The translations under genes were made by a program, and so were the position numbers. A stretch of DNA of 64,000 bases, taken from assembly GCF_009914755.1 (NCBI RefSeq), contig NC_060947.1. One strand, 5' to 3'. Source of the DNA: the human T2T-CHM13v2.0 reference genome, Homo sapiens. The notes under the pieces were generated by a model. That model did no database searches. It was not told the origin of the DNA and saw nothing but the letters and a program-made list of their open reading frames with translations. Position 1 is the first letter of the stretch. The number at the start of each line of letters is the position of its first letter. Positions 36,301-55,192 of the stretch are shown here, in pieces.

Positions 36301-37574
36301 ATTCCATGTTCATGTATTGGAAGAATCAAAAATGTTAAAATGTCCATATGACCCTAAGCAATCTGCAGATTCAATGCAATCCCTATCAAAATACCAGCGA
36401 CATTCTTCACAAATCAGCAAGAAAAAAAATAATCCCATCAAAAACTGGGCAAAGAACATGAATAGACAATTCTCAAAAGAAGGTACACAAATGGCCAACA
36501 AACATATGAAAAAATACTCAAGATCTCTAATTATCAAGGAAATGCAAATGAAAACCACAATGAGATATCTCCTTACTCTTCTAGGTATGGCCATAATTAA
36601 AAAATCAAAATATAATAGACATTGCGGTGGATGTGGTGAAAAGGAAACACTTTTATGCTGCTGGTGGGAATGTAAACTAGTATAACCACTATTGAAAACA
36701 GTATGGAGATTCCTTAAAGAACTAAAAGTACAACTACCATTCAATCCAGCAATCCCACTACTGGGTATTTTCCCAAAGCAAAGGAAGTCATTATATATTT
36801 AAAAAAAAAAACACTTGCACACGTATGTTTATAGCAGCACAATTCACAATTGCAAAAATATGGAACCAACCTAAATGCCCATCAATTAATGCATGGATTT
36901 TAAAAAGTGGTATATATACACCGTGGAATACTACTCAGCCATAAAAAGGAATGAAATAATGGCATTTCCAGCAACATGGATGAAGTTGGAAACCATTATT
37001 CTAAGTGAAGTAACTCAAAAATGGAAAACCAAATATCATATGTTCTCATTTATAAGTTGGAGCTAAGATATGAGGATACAAAGGTACAGAGTGATATAAT
37101 GGACTTTGAGGACTCAGGGGAAGGGTGGCAGAAGGGTGAGGGATAAAAGACTACACATTGGGAAGAGTGTGCACTGCTGAGGTAACAAGTGCACCAAAAT
37201 CTCAGAAATCACCACTAAAGAACTTAGTCATGTAACTAAAAACCACCTGTGCCCCCAAAACTATTGAAATAAAATAAAGAGGAAAAAAAAGACTTCAAGT
37301 CTTCAAGATAACTTACTTTCACAGAGATTTCAATAATTTTGTTTGAGGAAATGAATTTTGCTTTAGTTGTTTCTCTCACAAGATTTCACCCATAATAATG
37401 TCACTGTTTTACCCCTATAACTGGATTATTCTTCACTATGAGACTATATTACCTAAACTATATTACTAAATGAGAAAATATGTTGCTTTGAGAGTTGAGA
37501 TAAATACATTTTCATCTATTTTTTACCTTATAGAGGAAACAAAGTGGTGGAAGTGTTTACATTTTCACACTGTA

Positions 37575-39145
37575 CAGTCATGTATTGCTTAATGACATAG
37601 ATGCATAGTTAGGCAATTTCACTGTTGTGCAAACATCATTTAGAATGTAATTCAAAAACCTAGATGCTATAGCCTACTACATAACTAGACTATATGGTAC
37701 AGCCTAATCCTTCTAGACTACAAACCTGTACAGCATGTTACTGTACTGAATAGCATAGGCAATTGGAAAACAATGGTCAGTATTTGAATATCTAAACATA
37801 TTTAAACATAGAAAAGTCACAGTAAAATATAATATAAAAGATTCAAAAAACAATACCTGCATAGGGCACTTATAATGAGTAAATCTTGCAGCACAGAAGA
37901 TTGCTCTAGGTGAGTCTGTGAGTGAGCGGTGCATGGATGTGAAGGGCCAGCATATTATTATACCCTACTTTAGAATGTATAGACACTGTACTCAGACTAC
38001 ACAATATTTATTTTAAAATATTTATCTCTGATTAATACTGTATGTTGTAACTCATATGTGGGAGCTAAACAAATAAAATTGAGCTCACAGAAGTTTAGAG
38101 TAGAATTGCAGTTATTAGAGGCTGGGAAAGGTGTGGGGGAAGAATAAGGGGAGGTTGGTTAATGGGTACAAAGTTACAGCAAGGTGAGTGGAATAAGCAT
38201 TATACAGCACTATAAGGTGAATAAGGTTAACAATAATTCAGTGTATGTTCTTAAAAGCTAGAAGAGAATTTTGAATGTTCACAGTGAAAACAAATAATTA
38301 ATGTTCAAGGTCATGGATATATTAATTATCCTGATTTGATCATTACACATTGTATACATGTATTGAAATATCACTCTGTATCCCTTTAATATGTGCAATT
38401 ATTATGTGGCAACTAAAAATAAAAGGAATAAGGTGTTTCTTTTTTAAATAATGGATTAATATTAGCTTATGTAACTTTTTAACTTCATAAACATTTTGTA
38501 ACTTTTTGACTCTTGTAATAACAGCTTAAGTCACATATTGCACAGCTGTAGAAAAATATTTTACACATATCCCTATTTTATAGACTTTTCTCTATTTTTT
38601 AATTTTTTAATATTTTATTTTTTAAACTTTTTATGTAAAAACTAAGACACAAACACACACATTAGTCTAGACCTGCACAGGGTCAGAATCATTAATATCA
38701 TTGCCTTCCACCTCCATATCTTGTCCCACTGAAAGGACTTTAGGAGCAATAACACACACATGGAGCTGTCATTTCCAATGTAACAATGTTTTCTTCTTGA
38801 ATGACTCCTGAAGGACCTGTCTGAGTTTTGTTTTACAGTTAACTTTTTATGTATATAAATAGAAGATGTATACTCTAAATTAATTATAAAAAGTTTAGTA
38901 AATACATAAACCAGTAACATAGTTGTTTATAATTATCATCAAGCATTATGTTCTGTATATATAATTGTCTATGCTATACTTTTATATTACCATATACATG
39001 TGAGTAACACACTGCACTTCAATATTACAATGCCTACAATGTCACTAGGCAATACAAATATTTCAGCTCCATTATAATCTTATAGGATTACCTTCCTCTA
39101 TGCTATCTATCCTTGACTGAAATGTTCTTATGCCTTGCATCACTG
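37575..39145 (-). mobile_element. Tigger3b-like DNA transposon
   Basis: TA-flanked termini cagtcatg... / ...gcatcactg; internal aacctagatgctatagcctactac motif. Confidence 0.85.
38035..38430 (+). mobile_element. L1MA5-like 3' fragment nested in the Tigger
   Basis: ctcatatgtgggagctaaa...attatgtggcaactaaaaataaaa. Confidence 0.8.
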
Positions 39146-39981
39146 TAGTTAGTTCTATCTGTAAAAAGAAATCTGAATATACAACACATTTTGAAATGTA
39201 TAATAAACACATTGTTGAAAAGATTTCCATCTTCACTAGTTACACAATAAGTACAACACAACTCTCCTTCTGAGATTCCTAGACATTGAGGTTTATCTTA
39301 AACCTCAAACTCCTACTCACAGAATATGTATATTCACACAATTTTGGGGTGTATATTAATGAACATATATAAGAATATATTAAAAAATGACTACAGAAGA
39401 AGAAAATCACTTTATTGAGCTCTAAAATGTACTCACATTCATAAGCTACAAATTTTTACTTCCATTGGCATAAAGCACTATCACTCCATTGCTTCAAAGG
39501 CAGCTCTGGCTGACAGAGTTCTCAAGAAATATTTATCAAAAAAATTTATGAAAGAAAGGGATGTTTTGTCTTGTGTTTCCTGTGATGCTTAAGAACTAAA
39601 CATATCACATGGTAACTGTATTTCTTTGAAGTTTTACTATTTTTTTCTTAAGTTCATAAACTACAAGAACCAATATCAAAAATCATCAGTAACAGTACTC
39701 TTTAGAGATTTATTATAAATGAAAAATATAAGAATTAAAAAACTAAATTTTATTTTAGTAGATATTTTACAATGGAAATAATTACATGCACACAAAATGA
39801 GCAAATATCCTGAAATTTTGTTTTGTTCTTTATTTTTGTCAATAAAGGTCTTTTTTGCAAGTTAAGCATTCTCACTATTGAGAACAATGTTGAACACAAT
39901 TCATCATTTTGATAAGTGCAGGTAAATTTAACTACCTTTTTATTAGAAAATTAATTGTTAATACTGGTATTTTAAAACATA

Positions 39982-40378
39982 GATGGATAGAATAACATGC
40001 ATCCATAAAAAAAAGAACAAGATCATGTCCTTTGCAGGAACATGTATGAAGCTGGAGGCCATTACCCTTAACAAAGTAATGCAGGAACAAGAAACCAAAT
40101 ACCAGATGTTCTCACTTATAACTGAGAGCTAAATGATGAGAACACATGGACACATGGGAGTAACAACAGACACTGGTGTTTATCAGAGGGTGGAGTGTGG
40201 AAGGAGGGAGAGGATCAGGAAATATAACTAATGGGCCCTAGGTTTGATACATGCATATTAATACATGGGTGAAAAAAATAATTTGTGCAAGAAATCCCCA
40301 TAATACAAGTTTTTCTGTATGACAGACATGCACATGTATCCCTGAAATTAAAATAAAAGTTAAAATAATTTTAAAAAA
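39982..40378 (+). mobile_element. short 5'-truncated L1PA13-15-like 3' end
   Basis: ORF2 end + 3'UTR (gggagaggatcaggaaatataactaatggg); probable TSD AAAACATA. Confidence 0.85.
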
Positions 40379-40725
40379 ACATATTTCTAGCTTTTCTTGA
40401 ATTAAGTATTATCAAAAATAATCAGTATCTAGCTTGGGTTGGAAACATCATCACATGAGTTCCTTCAAGGTCTCCTTTTCAACTTTTAGATTTATGTATA
40501 TTTATACCGACCACCATTTTATTTCTTATGTCAGGGAAAACATTTTGTCTCTTTCCTTCTAAAATACTGGATTCATTCTTCTTCCCTTCTCTCATCTCAG
40601 ACTTTTGCTTCATTTATTTTCAACCTCTCACTCAAAAACAGATCTTTTCCCTTTATTATGAAAACAAATTCACAATGATCTCATACACAGAAAAACAATA
40701 AACTTCCCTAAATCCCTATACTCCC

Positions 40726-43000
40726 TGTATTAATCCATTCTCATGCTGCTGTGAAGAAATCTCTGAGACTGGGTAACTTATAAAGGAAAGAGATTTAATT
40801 GACTCACAGTTCCACAGGACTGGGGAAGCCTCAGGAAACTTATAATCAAGGCAGAAGGGGAAGCAAACATGCTCTTCCTCACAAGGTGGCAGGAGAGAAA
40901 TGTGCTGAGCAAAAGGGGTAAAAGCCCCTTATAAAACCATCAGATCTCATGAGAACTCACTCACTATCATGAGAACAGCATGAGGGTAAACACCTCTATG
41001 ATTAAATTACCTCTCAATGGGTCCCATCCATGACATGTGAAGATTATGGGGATTACAATTTAAGATGAGATTTGGGTGGGAGCACAAAGCCTAACCATAT
41101 TATTCCATCCCTGGCCCCTCCCAAATCTCATGTTCCTTTCACATTTTCAAAACCAATCATGCCTTCCCAACAGTCCCCCAAAGTCTTAATTCCAGCATTA
41201 ACTCAAAAATCCAAGTCCAATGTCTCATATGAGACATGGTAAGTCTCTTCTGCCTATGAGCTTGTAATATCAAAAGAAAATTAGTTACTTCCTAGACACA
41301 ATCAGGGTACATGTGTTGGGTAAATATACCCATTTCAAATGGGAGAAATTGGCCAAAATGAAGGGGTTACAGGTTATAGTAAATTCCAAAATACAATAGG
41401 GAAGTCATTAAACCTTAAGCTCCAAAATGACTACCTTTGACTTCATGTCTCACATCTAGGACACACTGATGCAAAGGATGGGCTCCCATGGCCTTGGGCA
41501 GCTCTACCCCTGTGGCTTTGTGGAGCATAGCCCCCCTCCTGGCTGCTTTTGTAGCTGGCACTAAGTGTCTGTGGCTTTTCCAGGAGCACAATGAAAGCTG
41601 TAGGTGGGTCTACCATTCTGGTGTCTGAAGCACATTGGCCCTCTTCTCACAGTTCCACTAGGCAGTGCCCCAGTGTGTGGGGGCTCTGACCCCACATTTC
41701 CTTTCCATGCTGCTCAGCAGAGGTTCTTCATGAAGGTTCACCCCTGCAGCAGACTTCTGCCTGGACATCCAGGTGTTTCCAAACATCCTCTGAAACCTAG
41801 GCTGAGGTTCTAAAACTTCAATTCTTGTCTTTTGCACACATAGGACCAACATCACATGGAAGCTGCCAAGGTTTAGGGCTTGCACCCTCTGAAGCAATGG
41901 CCCAAGCTATATTTTGGCCCCTTTTAGCCATTACTTGAGTCACTGGGATGCAAGGCACTAAGTCCCTAGGCTGCACACAGCAGGAGGCCCTGGGCATGGC
42001 CCAGGAATTAATTTTTTTTCTCCTAGGACTCCAGGCCTGTGATGGGAGGGGCTGTTATGAAGGTCTCTGACACGTCTTGGAGACATTTTTCCCATTGTCT
42101 TGGTGATTAACATTTGGCTCTCCATTACTTATGTAAGTTTCTGCTGCCAGCTTGAATTTCTCCCCAGAAAAAGAATTTTTGTTTTTTATTGTATCATCAG
42201 GCTGCAAATTTTCTAATCTTTTATGCTTTCTTCCTCTTGAAAGCTTTGCCATTTACAAATGTATTCCGCCAGAAACCGTAAATCATCCCTCTCAAGTTCA
42301 AAGTTCCACAAATCTCTAGGGCAGGGAAAAATGCTGCCAATGTCTTTGCTAAAGCATAGCAAGAGTCACCTTCATTCCAGTTCCCAAAAAGTTCCTCATC
42401 TCCATCTGAGACCACATCAGCCTGGACTTCATAGTCCATACCACTATCAGCATTTTGGTCAAAGCCATTCAACAAGTCTCTAAGAAATTCCAAATTTCCC
42501 ACATCTTTCTGCCTTCTGAGCCCTCCAAACTGTTCCAACCTTGGCCTGTTACTCAGTTCCAAAGTCGCTTCCAAATTTTCAGGTTTCCTTATAGTAGTAC
42601 CTGACTCTGTGCAGTACCAGTTAACTGTATTAGTCCATTCTCATGCTGCTATGAAGAAATGCTCAAGACTGAGTAATTTATAAAGTAAAGAGGTTTAATT
42701 GACTCATGGTTCTGCATGGTTGAGGAGGTCTCAGGAAACTTACAGTCATGGTGGAAAGGTAAACAAGCACATCCTTCTTCACAAGGTGGCAGGAGAGAGA
42801 AGAGCCAAGAGAAAGGGGGAAAAGCCCCTTATAAAACCATCAGATCTCATGAGAACTCACTCACTATCATGAGAACAGGATGAGAGTAACTACCCCCACG
42901 ATTAAATTACCCCCCACCGGGTCCTTCCCATGACACATGGGGATTATGGGAACTACAATTCAAGATGAGATTTGGGTGGGGACACAGCCAAACGGTATCA
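40726..43000 (-). mobile_element. complete THE1 (C/D-like) MaLR provirus: LTR 40726-41102, internal 41103-42625, LTR 42626-43000
   Basis: two homologous ~375-bp LTRs (tgtatta... termini); 5-bp TSD ctccc/ccccc. Confidence 0.92.
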
Positions 43001-43004
43001 CCCC

Positions 43005-43970
43005 CTCAAGCTGCAATGCTGTCTTTCAATTCTCTTCACTACAAAATTCTTAAAAGAATAATATATTTACGCTTCTAAAACCCTATTGTCCAAATTATTC
43101 TGTAAACCTTTCCCATGACACTTTAAAATGTACTATGTCACTCAGGGGAGTCACTGACTAAAATACCCAACAGTCTTTTCATCTTAGTGCTCTTTGTCAT
43201 TTGACTTATTTTCATTTGTCTCTTCCCTGGCTGTTGTAATTCTGCATATGTACTTAGCTCTCCTCTTTCTCCTTTATTAACCACTCCTCACTTTCATGCA
43301 ACTTTATATTCTGCTTTTCTGGTTCATATTCCTGTTTGTATAAATGCATGTTTTTGCCTGGGATTTTTTTTCTTAACTCTCATCTTGACACATACCAGAG
43401 ATAATAAGCTGACAATCTCTATACAAAACTTGATTTACAGATATGGCTTGTATGGTCAGCATTCAAACTGAGCATGCATTTTCTAGTTTACTGCAGGCCT
43501 CATCAACTCTTAATGGATTATAACTGATCTCTTTTGAACGTTAATTTTTACCAGAAGTCTTCAATATTTTGTTGTTTATATTTTTGTCTTGTGTACTCTC
43601 TTGAGTTCTAAGTTCATATTTTCTATGATGTGTTACTCATTTTCATGTACGTACCCTCTCTGTAGCTAAAAGTCTGTTTCTAAACATCAGATTAGCTTCT
43701 CCCCTCTGAAACTCAATCTTCTGCATTTTTTATTCATGTGAATGGTGCCAATATCTTTCCACTATCTATCTTTCCATCGACTTAGGCTTGAAATATCAGT
43801 GTCATCTTTCACTTCTTACAGGCCACACAAAACCAATTTGTTTTTAAGTCCTGTTTCTTTCAAGGTCCATAATATATGTTTGCATTGATCTCTCCTTTCA
43901 GTTCCAGAGCAAGCACCCTAAGTTAGGTTCTCACTGCCTCTTCTTGGGACCACTGCACTTGCTTCCCTGT
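43005..43970 (+). mobile_element. patchy L2 remnant (probably also 40520-40720)
   Basis: pyrimidine-rich L2-like blocks (cttcactacaaaattcttaaaaga; gtgaatggtgcca; gtgtcatctttcacttc). Confidence 0.55.
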
Positions 43971-44039
43971 AAACTAAACTGTGTTACAAGAAAAGCATTT
44001 AAAGTAACATAAAAAGTTTAACCTAAAATAAAGAAAATT

Positions 44040-44325
44040 GGATGGTCCTGAGAGCAAATTTCCAATAACTTAAAGGCTGTCATGGAGAAAAGGGATTAGA
44101 GTATCCTGTGTGGTCTTCAGGAAAGCCAGGAACCCAGTGGGTAGAAGATGTACATAGGCAATTTTTGAGTCAATATAAATAAGCTTTTTCTAATATTTAT
44201 CTCAGAAAGTAAATGCTATGTTACTTTAGACATTTGAACCCAGACTGAAACACAAGTTATGTATGTTACAGAAAAGATTACATAACTATGAAGGTTCTTT
44301 CTTACCAGAGAAGTCTATGATTTTA
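44040..44325 (+). mobile_element. L3/CR1 3' fragment
   Basis: aaggctgtcatggagaaaagggattaga...cagtgggtagaag...caatataaataagc resembles L3. Confidence 0.65.
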
Positions 44326-44443
44326 AGATCTACACATCTGTAAGACTGTCAGATTGCTAAGTCTATAAGGATTTTAGAATTATTTGTGTGTGTGTGTGCG
44401 TGTGTAGTAAAAGGCCTTTTGTTCAAGTAAGTAATAAACATAC

Positions 44444-44582
44444 CTCACTACTGAGAACCATGTTGAATGCAATTCAACATGCAAGTGAATACAGAGGCCA
44501 AGAAATTTTCAATTTCTTTCAAGATTCAGATGTGTTGATACCTCCTTCCAAAGAAGGAGCATAGTTAAGTGATTTTTCCGAT
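44444..44582 (-). other. candidate 139-nt exon (41 nt with internal donor, 44542-44582)
   Basis: minus strand: tttctactttcag|ATCGGAAAA...TAGTGAG|gtatgt; weaker internal donor GAG|gtatca. Confidence 0.45.
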
Positions 44583-44649
44583 CTGAAAGTAGAAATTGCC
44601 CAAATAACATAATGAGAAAATATTATTTCTATATTTATGTTCTTATTTA

Positions 44650-44860
44650 CATTTTCAAAGTGTTTTCATTGTTGTTACTTCATTTAATAATCAGAAAAAA
44701 GAACCTGAAAACTGGGTTGATGTTATTCTTATCTTACTGATTAGAAAACTAAAATTCAGCAGTGTTATTTCTTATTAAAAGGCCATTATCAACATACATG
44801 ATTAAAACCATTTTTTTTGCCTCCTAAATCACTGTACTTTCCACTAAAACATGTTGCTTT
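44650..44860 (-). mobile_element. MIR fragment
   Basis: ttattcttatcttactgattagaaaactaaaattcag. Confidence 0.5.
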
Positions 44861-45950
44861 CCAGTACTGGACAGTTTCTGGTATTAAAATTAACATGAAC
44901 TCAATGATACAGGTTGAGTGATGATAGTGGAGTAAGTTTGAATAATTTAGAAACGAACATACCTAATGAGATGTATTTGATTTATTGATGTTTAATACCA
45001 TCAAAGTTTCATTACGACTAAGGTAAAATTTGTCACACTTAAACTTTTATAGCAATTTTCTCACTGAGAAATGGCAAATTTTTATCAAATACAGATGTGT
45101 ATTAGAAACGTTTATTTAATCAGTTCAAGAGGAAGTAGTTCTTATGACATAGAAATAAAATAACTTATTTCCTCCATCAAATTCCTCTCTTGAGAGTCCA
45201 TTGAGGGGAAAAAGTCAAATTTGACAAAAGCTATCATTGTCAGTATAGCATTGATTAGTTACAGCAGGACTTAAAGTGATGATTCCATTATCAGGATTTT
45301 TTTTAATGCTGTGACAATAGACAGTTAAAAGTGCTTATTTTACCTTAACACTTATTTATTGGTATGTATTGCCCTTTAAAATTCTTATATCTTAAAATTA
45401 TTAAATCTTTATCCTGGTATAAATAGGATAAAATTTGTATCCTCAGCATGTTACACATTTCAAAATTAATTGTCAAGACAGAGCCATCTGCTATAATAAT
45501 TAGACACAGCAGTCCAGCAGTTGTCCAGCTGTTGCCATCATATAGTGCACTCAGTAGTCCAATATGCTGACACTAAAATGACAAAAACAATTGAGACAGC
45601 TGCAGGTGTAATCCAATACAGAGTAGGAAAGGCAGTCATACCAGCTATTGACTCCTTTACTATCAATATAAAAAGTGTCTTTTAGCCTATGTGGCAAATT
45701 ACCCTATGCTGCAAGTTTATTACCAAATGCTTATTCTTTTCTTCATTAAACTCTTTTACACACTTATAATCACACCCAGTTGACTTTCTATACTCTTTTA
45801 TACTGGTTAACATGACCCTATATGCAAACACAACTGAAATCTGTTCAACTTGAAGACGTCTCCCCTAACAAATCTAAAACAAATGGTACTCATACAAACC
45901 CATCCAACTAAAACTGCTTTCCTTCTAACAAAACTAAGTAATCAACAAAT

Positions 45951-50895
<4,945 letters not shown>

Positions 50896-52920
50896 TGTTA
50901 TATTGACTTTCTAAACCTCTTGTTTTCTTTTTGCCTTCTGTAACACCAATATTTGATCATTTTATGGTGTCCCATATGTCATGTAGATTTTGCTCATCTT
51001 TTTTATTCTTTTGTCTTTATTTTTGTCTGACTGGTTTATTTCAAAATACCTGTCTTCAAGTTCCAACATACTTTCTTTAGCTTGAGCTAGTCTATATTGA
51101 AGCTTTCAAATGTATTTTGTATTTCATGCCATGTATTCTTTAATTTCAGAATTTCTGTTTGTTTGTTGTTTTAATGATATTTATCTCTTTGGTAAATTTC
51201 TTATTCATATCCTGGATTTGTTTTTCATTTCTTTGTATTTATTTTTAGTATTCTCTTGTGTCTTACTGGACTTAATTAGTACCAACATTTTAAATTATTT
51301 TACTATAATTTTTAAAATTTATTTTTGATTGAGGTCTGTTGCTGGAGGATTGTTGTGTTCCTTTGGAAGTGTCATGTTTATTTGCTTTTTTAATGTTTCT
51401 CATGCCCTTACATTAATATTTTTTGCATCTGCTGTAATAGTAGCTTCTTCCAATTTTAAAAATATACTTATTTGGGAGAGGACTTTTTCCTGAAGATGTA
51501 TCTATGGGGTTGGAGTAGTGTAGTCTCTGTGTGATTTCTTCATTTGTAAACAGTGTCAGTAGTATCTTATTATTTCCTCAGTACCTTAGGGTATGGTTGA
51601 TAGTAGAAACTGTGGTGAAGTTTTGCTAAAAACTGGGACACTAAGTTGGCCTGCCTTTATGCCCCAGATAGTGGTGGACTAAGCATACCTGTCCTTAGGT
51701 CCCAGGGTAATATATGCTGACACTGTTTTTAGTAGGTTCAGGCATCCTGATCTTGGGTCTCAATGTTGCTTGTTTAGTTTCCTAGGATGGCAGTGGTGGG
51801 CCAGGCAAGTAAGTGGATTCATGAGCTTCTGGGCAGTGAGTGTGGCATTGGTGATGGCAGTAGTAGTGGTGGGAAAAGCTCCAGGACCCAAACTATCCAC
51901 ACTGGAATGGGTGCTGACTGTGATGGGCTAGCCAGTCTAGTCCCCAGGCCCACATGTGGCACATACAGGTGGATGCCAACTGTAATGTTAGCAGCAGGTT
52001 GAGTGGGCATGACTTCAGACAATGGGAGGAGTACTCAGGCGCCAATAGTGGTAGACAGGGCTGGGTTATTTACAGGCTTCTTGATGACATGCTTGGGCTC
52101 TGCAGGGTTAATAGTGGGATGGACAATCACCCTGACAGGCCACCTGGTGGTGCATGCATGTGCTGGGTGTGGTAGGCAGGAACAGGGTGATCCCCAGGCC
52201 ACAGGCAAAATGCTCTTGTGAGGGTAGCAGCTGTGCCATGTCCCCGCTTCTGGGGGAGGTCATGGTTGCTTTCTGTGGGAGCAGCCATAGGGAGTTGGCT
52301 GAGTGTCGCACACTTCACTTGAACCTAAGTGCTGCAGCAGTATGCAGGTGGTTATAGGCAGGGAAATTTGTTCTCAGGGTGCATGAAAATGTATCACTTC
52401 TCCTCTGCTGGGGGTCAAGGTGGCATGAGGTCACTGCTAGTGGTTCCTGCCAAACCCTGACAGTGACAGATGTGGGTGAGAAATGTCAATGGGGCTCCAG
52501 GAATGTGGAGATGCAGAGGGTGTTGAGCAGCAGGGCTGGATGTAGTCTGATTGGGGCTAGGTTCCCAAAATGGTGCCATGCTTCATTTGCTTAGGACTCA
52601 GAGGTTTGTGGGACCCAGCATAAGCTCAGTCTCTGGAGCAATGCCTTTATGTAGTCTCCAGGCAGCATTTTATGCTAATTTCAGGGCCTATGAGGCTTGA
52701 GAGGCTCTCCCATGGCTAGGATTGTAGAAGTCTGTGGTGGGACTATGGACCACTGGGTGTGTCTTTCACTTATGTTTTCCTTGCAGTAGGGAGCCTCTCC
52801 AGACTCCCAGCTGATCCCAGCCAAAAAAAAGCTGCCTTGCTTCTCTCTCTTTCTTTGTTTTCAGTGCTTCTTATCACTACTCTATTAAATTCCAGTGATC
52901 TCTCTTAGATAATTTATCCA
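50896..52920 (-). mobile_element. old L1M (L1MA3/4-type) ORF1 5' part and 5'UTR
   Basis: antisense ORF1-like ttttatggtgtcccatatgtc...cctgtcttcaagttcc followed by GC-richer 5'UTR-like sequence. Confidence 0.7.
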
Positions 52921-52987
52921 GTTTCTGTATTAGATATGTTTAAGACAAATTTGCATTAATATTTAAATCTTATTGGGGCTTAGTATT

Positions 52988-53180
52988 CTTTTTCGTTCAA
53001 TAAACATTTGTGAAGAACAACTATTTCCTGGAGATTTTGCTAGGCATTAGGAATATAAATAAAGATAAGATGCTTTTTCCCACTTTGTGGATTTCACAAT
53101 ATAGTAGAAGAAAGTATGAAATTATCACAATACAATTAGATAATTATCACATCAGAAATATTTGTCAAGTCCTGTGTGAA
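52988..53180 (-). mobile_element. L2 3' fragment
   Basis: ttcaataaacatttgtga...tttgctaggcattaggaatata. Confidence 0.55.
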
Positions 53181-53489
53181 CTGAATGAAAATTTGTCTAT
53201 ATTTTACTTACAAAAATTCAAGGTCACTGAAGAGAAATATTACACATTAATATGTGTGAAATGTAAACCACAGATCTGGTTATCACAATTACTTAATTTA
53301 ATGTTAATCTCACTTTCCATCAAGGAGCTCATGTCTTGAACAAAATAGAACCAAACCTAATGCTCATTAAGCAACCAAATTGAAATATAAATAAATTTAT
53401 TTTCAACCGGTAGACTTTTTTGATACTTATGTTAGCCCAGATCCTTCAAGAAGTAGAATCCAGAATGTGATTAGATGTGCAAGAGGTTT

Positions 53490-53756
53490 ATGCAAGAAAT
53501 TAAAGAACATCTAAACAAATGAAAATATATTTATGTTTATTAACAAGGGGACTTAACATTGTTAAGATGTCAATACCACCAACAGCAATCTACATATTCA
53601 ATAAAATTAATGTCAAAAGTCCAACAGTATTATTTGCAAAAATGAAAAAGTTGATGATCAAATTCATATGAAACTGCAAGTAGCCTCAAAGAGCCAAAAA
53701 AAAACTTGAATAAGAAGAATAGAATTAGAGGAGTCACACTTCCCAATGTCAAAACT

Positions 53757-53758
<2 letters not shown>
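53490..53758 (+). mobile_element. L1M (MB/ME) ORF2 fragment
   Basis: aacattgttaagatgtcaata...aaattcatatgaaactgcaa...cacacttccc. Confidence 0.75.

Positions 53759-53810
<52 letters not shown>
53759..53810. repeat. compound (CT)n(AT)n microsatellite
   Basis: direct read. Confidence 0.95.
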
Positions 53811-54676
<866 letters not shown>

Positions 54677-54704
54677 TATACTAATTAAAACAATATGGAA
54701 GTCT

Positions 54705-55192
54705 GGAGGGGAGAGGGATGTTAGAAAGATGGCAGAGTAAGAAGCCCTAGATCTTCCTTCTTCCTACAGAAACACCAATTCAACTATAATAGTCTGATCA
54801 TTTCCTTTTATGAGACATTTAGAAACCAGGTAAGAGGCTCCTACACCCCCAAGCAAGCACAATACCAACCACATTGAAAATGGTAGGAAAATTTGTGGTA
54901 GTCTATCACCTCAGTCCCTCCCTAGCACAAGGACACACAACAGGGAGGAAACTTTTAGCTTCCAGCTTCTCATTAAAGAAGGAAAGAGAAGACTGGACCA
55001 TGTTACTAACATTGTGACTTTTTGGGGAGGCTTCTGGAGTGACTGGCTTGTATTTAACCTGTCTTGGAGCACTGACAGCATACTCTAGATTCCTGGAGAC
55101 CAGTGCAGTCAAAAGATCCAGGCAGCATCCTGCTGTTTTAGAGGGCCCATTGAGCTTGTTTGGCCTCTTTCTCAGGGGGCAAAAGAAGACTG
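54705..55192 (+). mobile_element. old L1M 5'UTR fragment (continues 61431-~61500), host of the L1PA3
   Basis: gaaagatggcagagtaagaagccctag start resembles an L1M 5' end. Confidence 0.6.

Larger units (their letters stand above)
30186..37290 (+). mobile_element. near full-length old L1: L1MA1/2-type 5'UTR, ORF1 and ORF2 joined near 36410 to an L1PB-type 3' end
   Basis: 5' end homologous to 13197-13790; ORF1 coiled-coil peptide 32310-32657; ORF2 from ~34130; 3'UTR with gataaaagactacacattggg. Confidence 0.85.

Noticed and set aside
51600-52800. GC-richer block with many short ORFs as a possible gene or promoter
   Set aside because: It is CpG-depleted and contiguous with antisense L1 ORF1, best explained as an old L1M 5'UTR.
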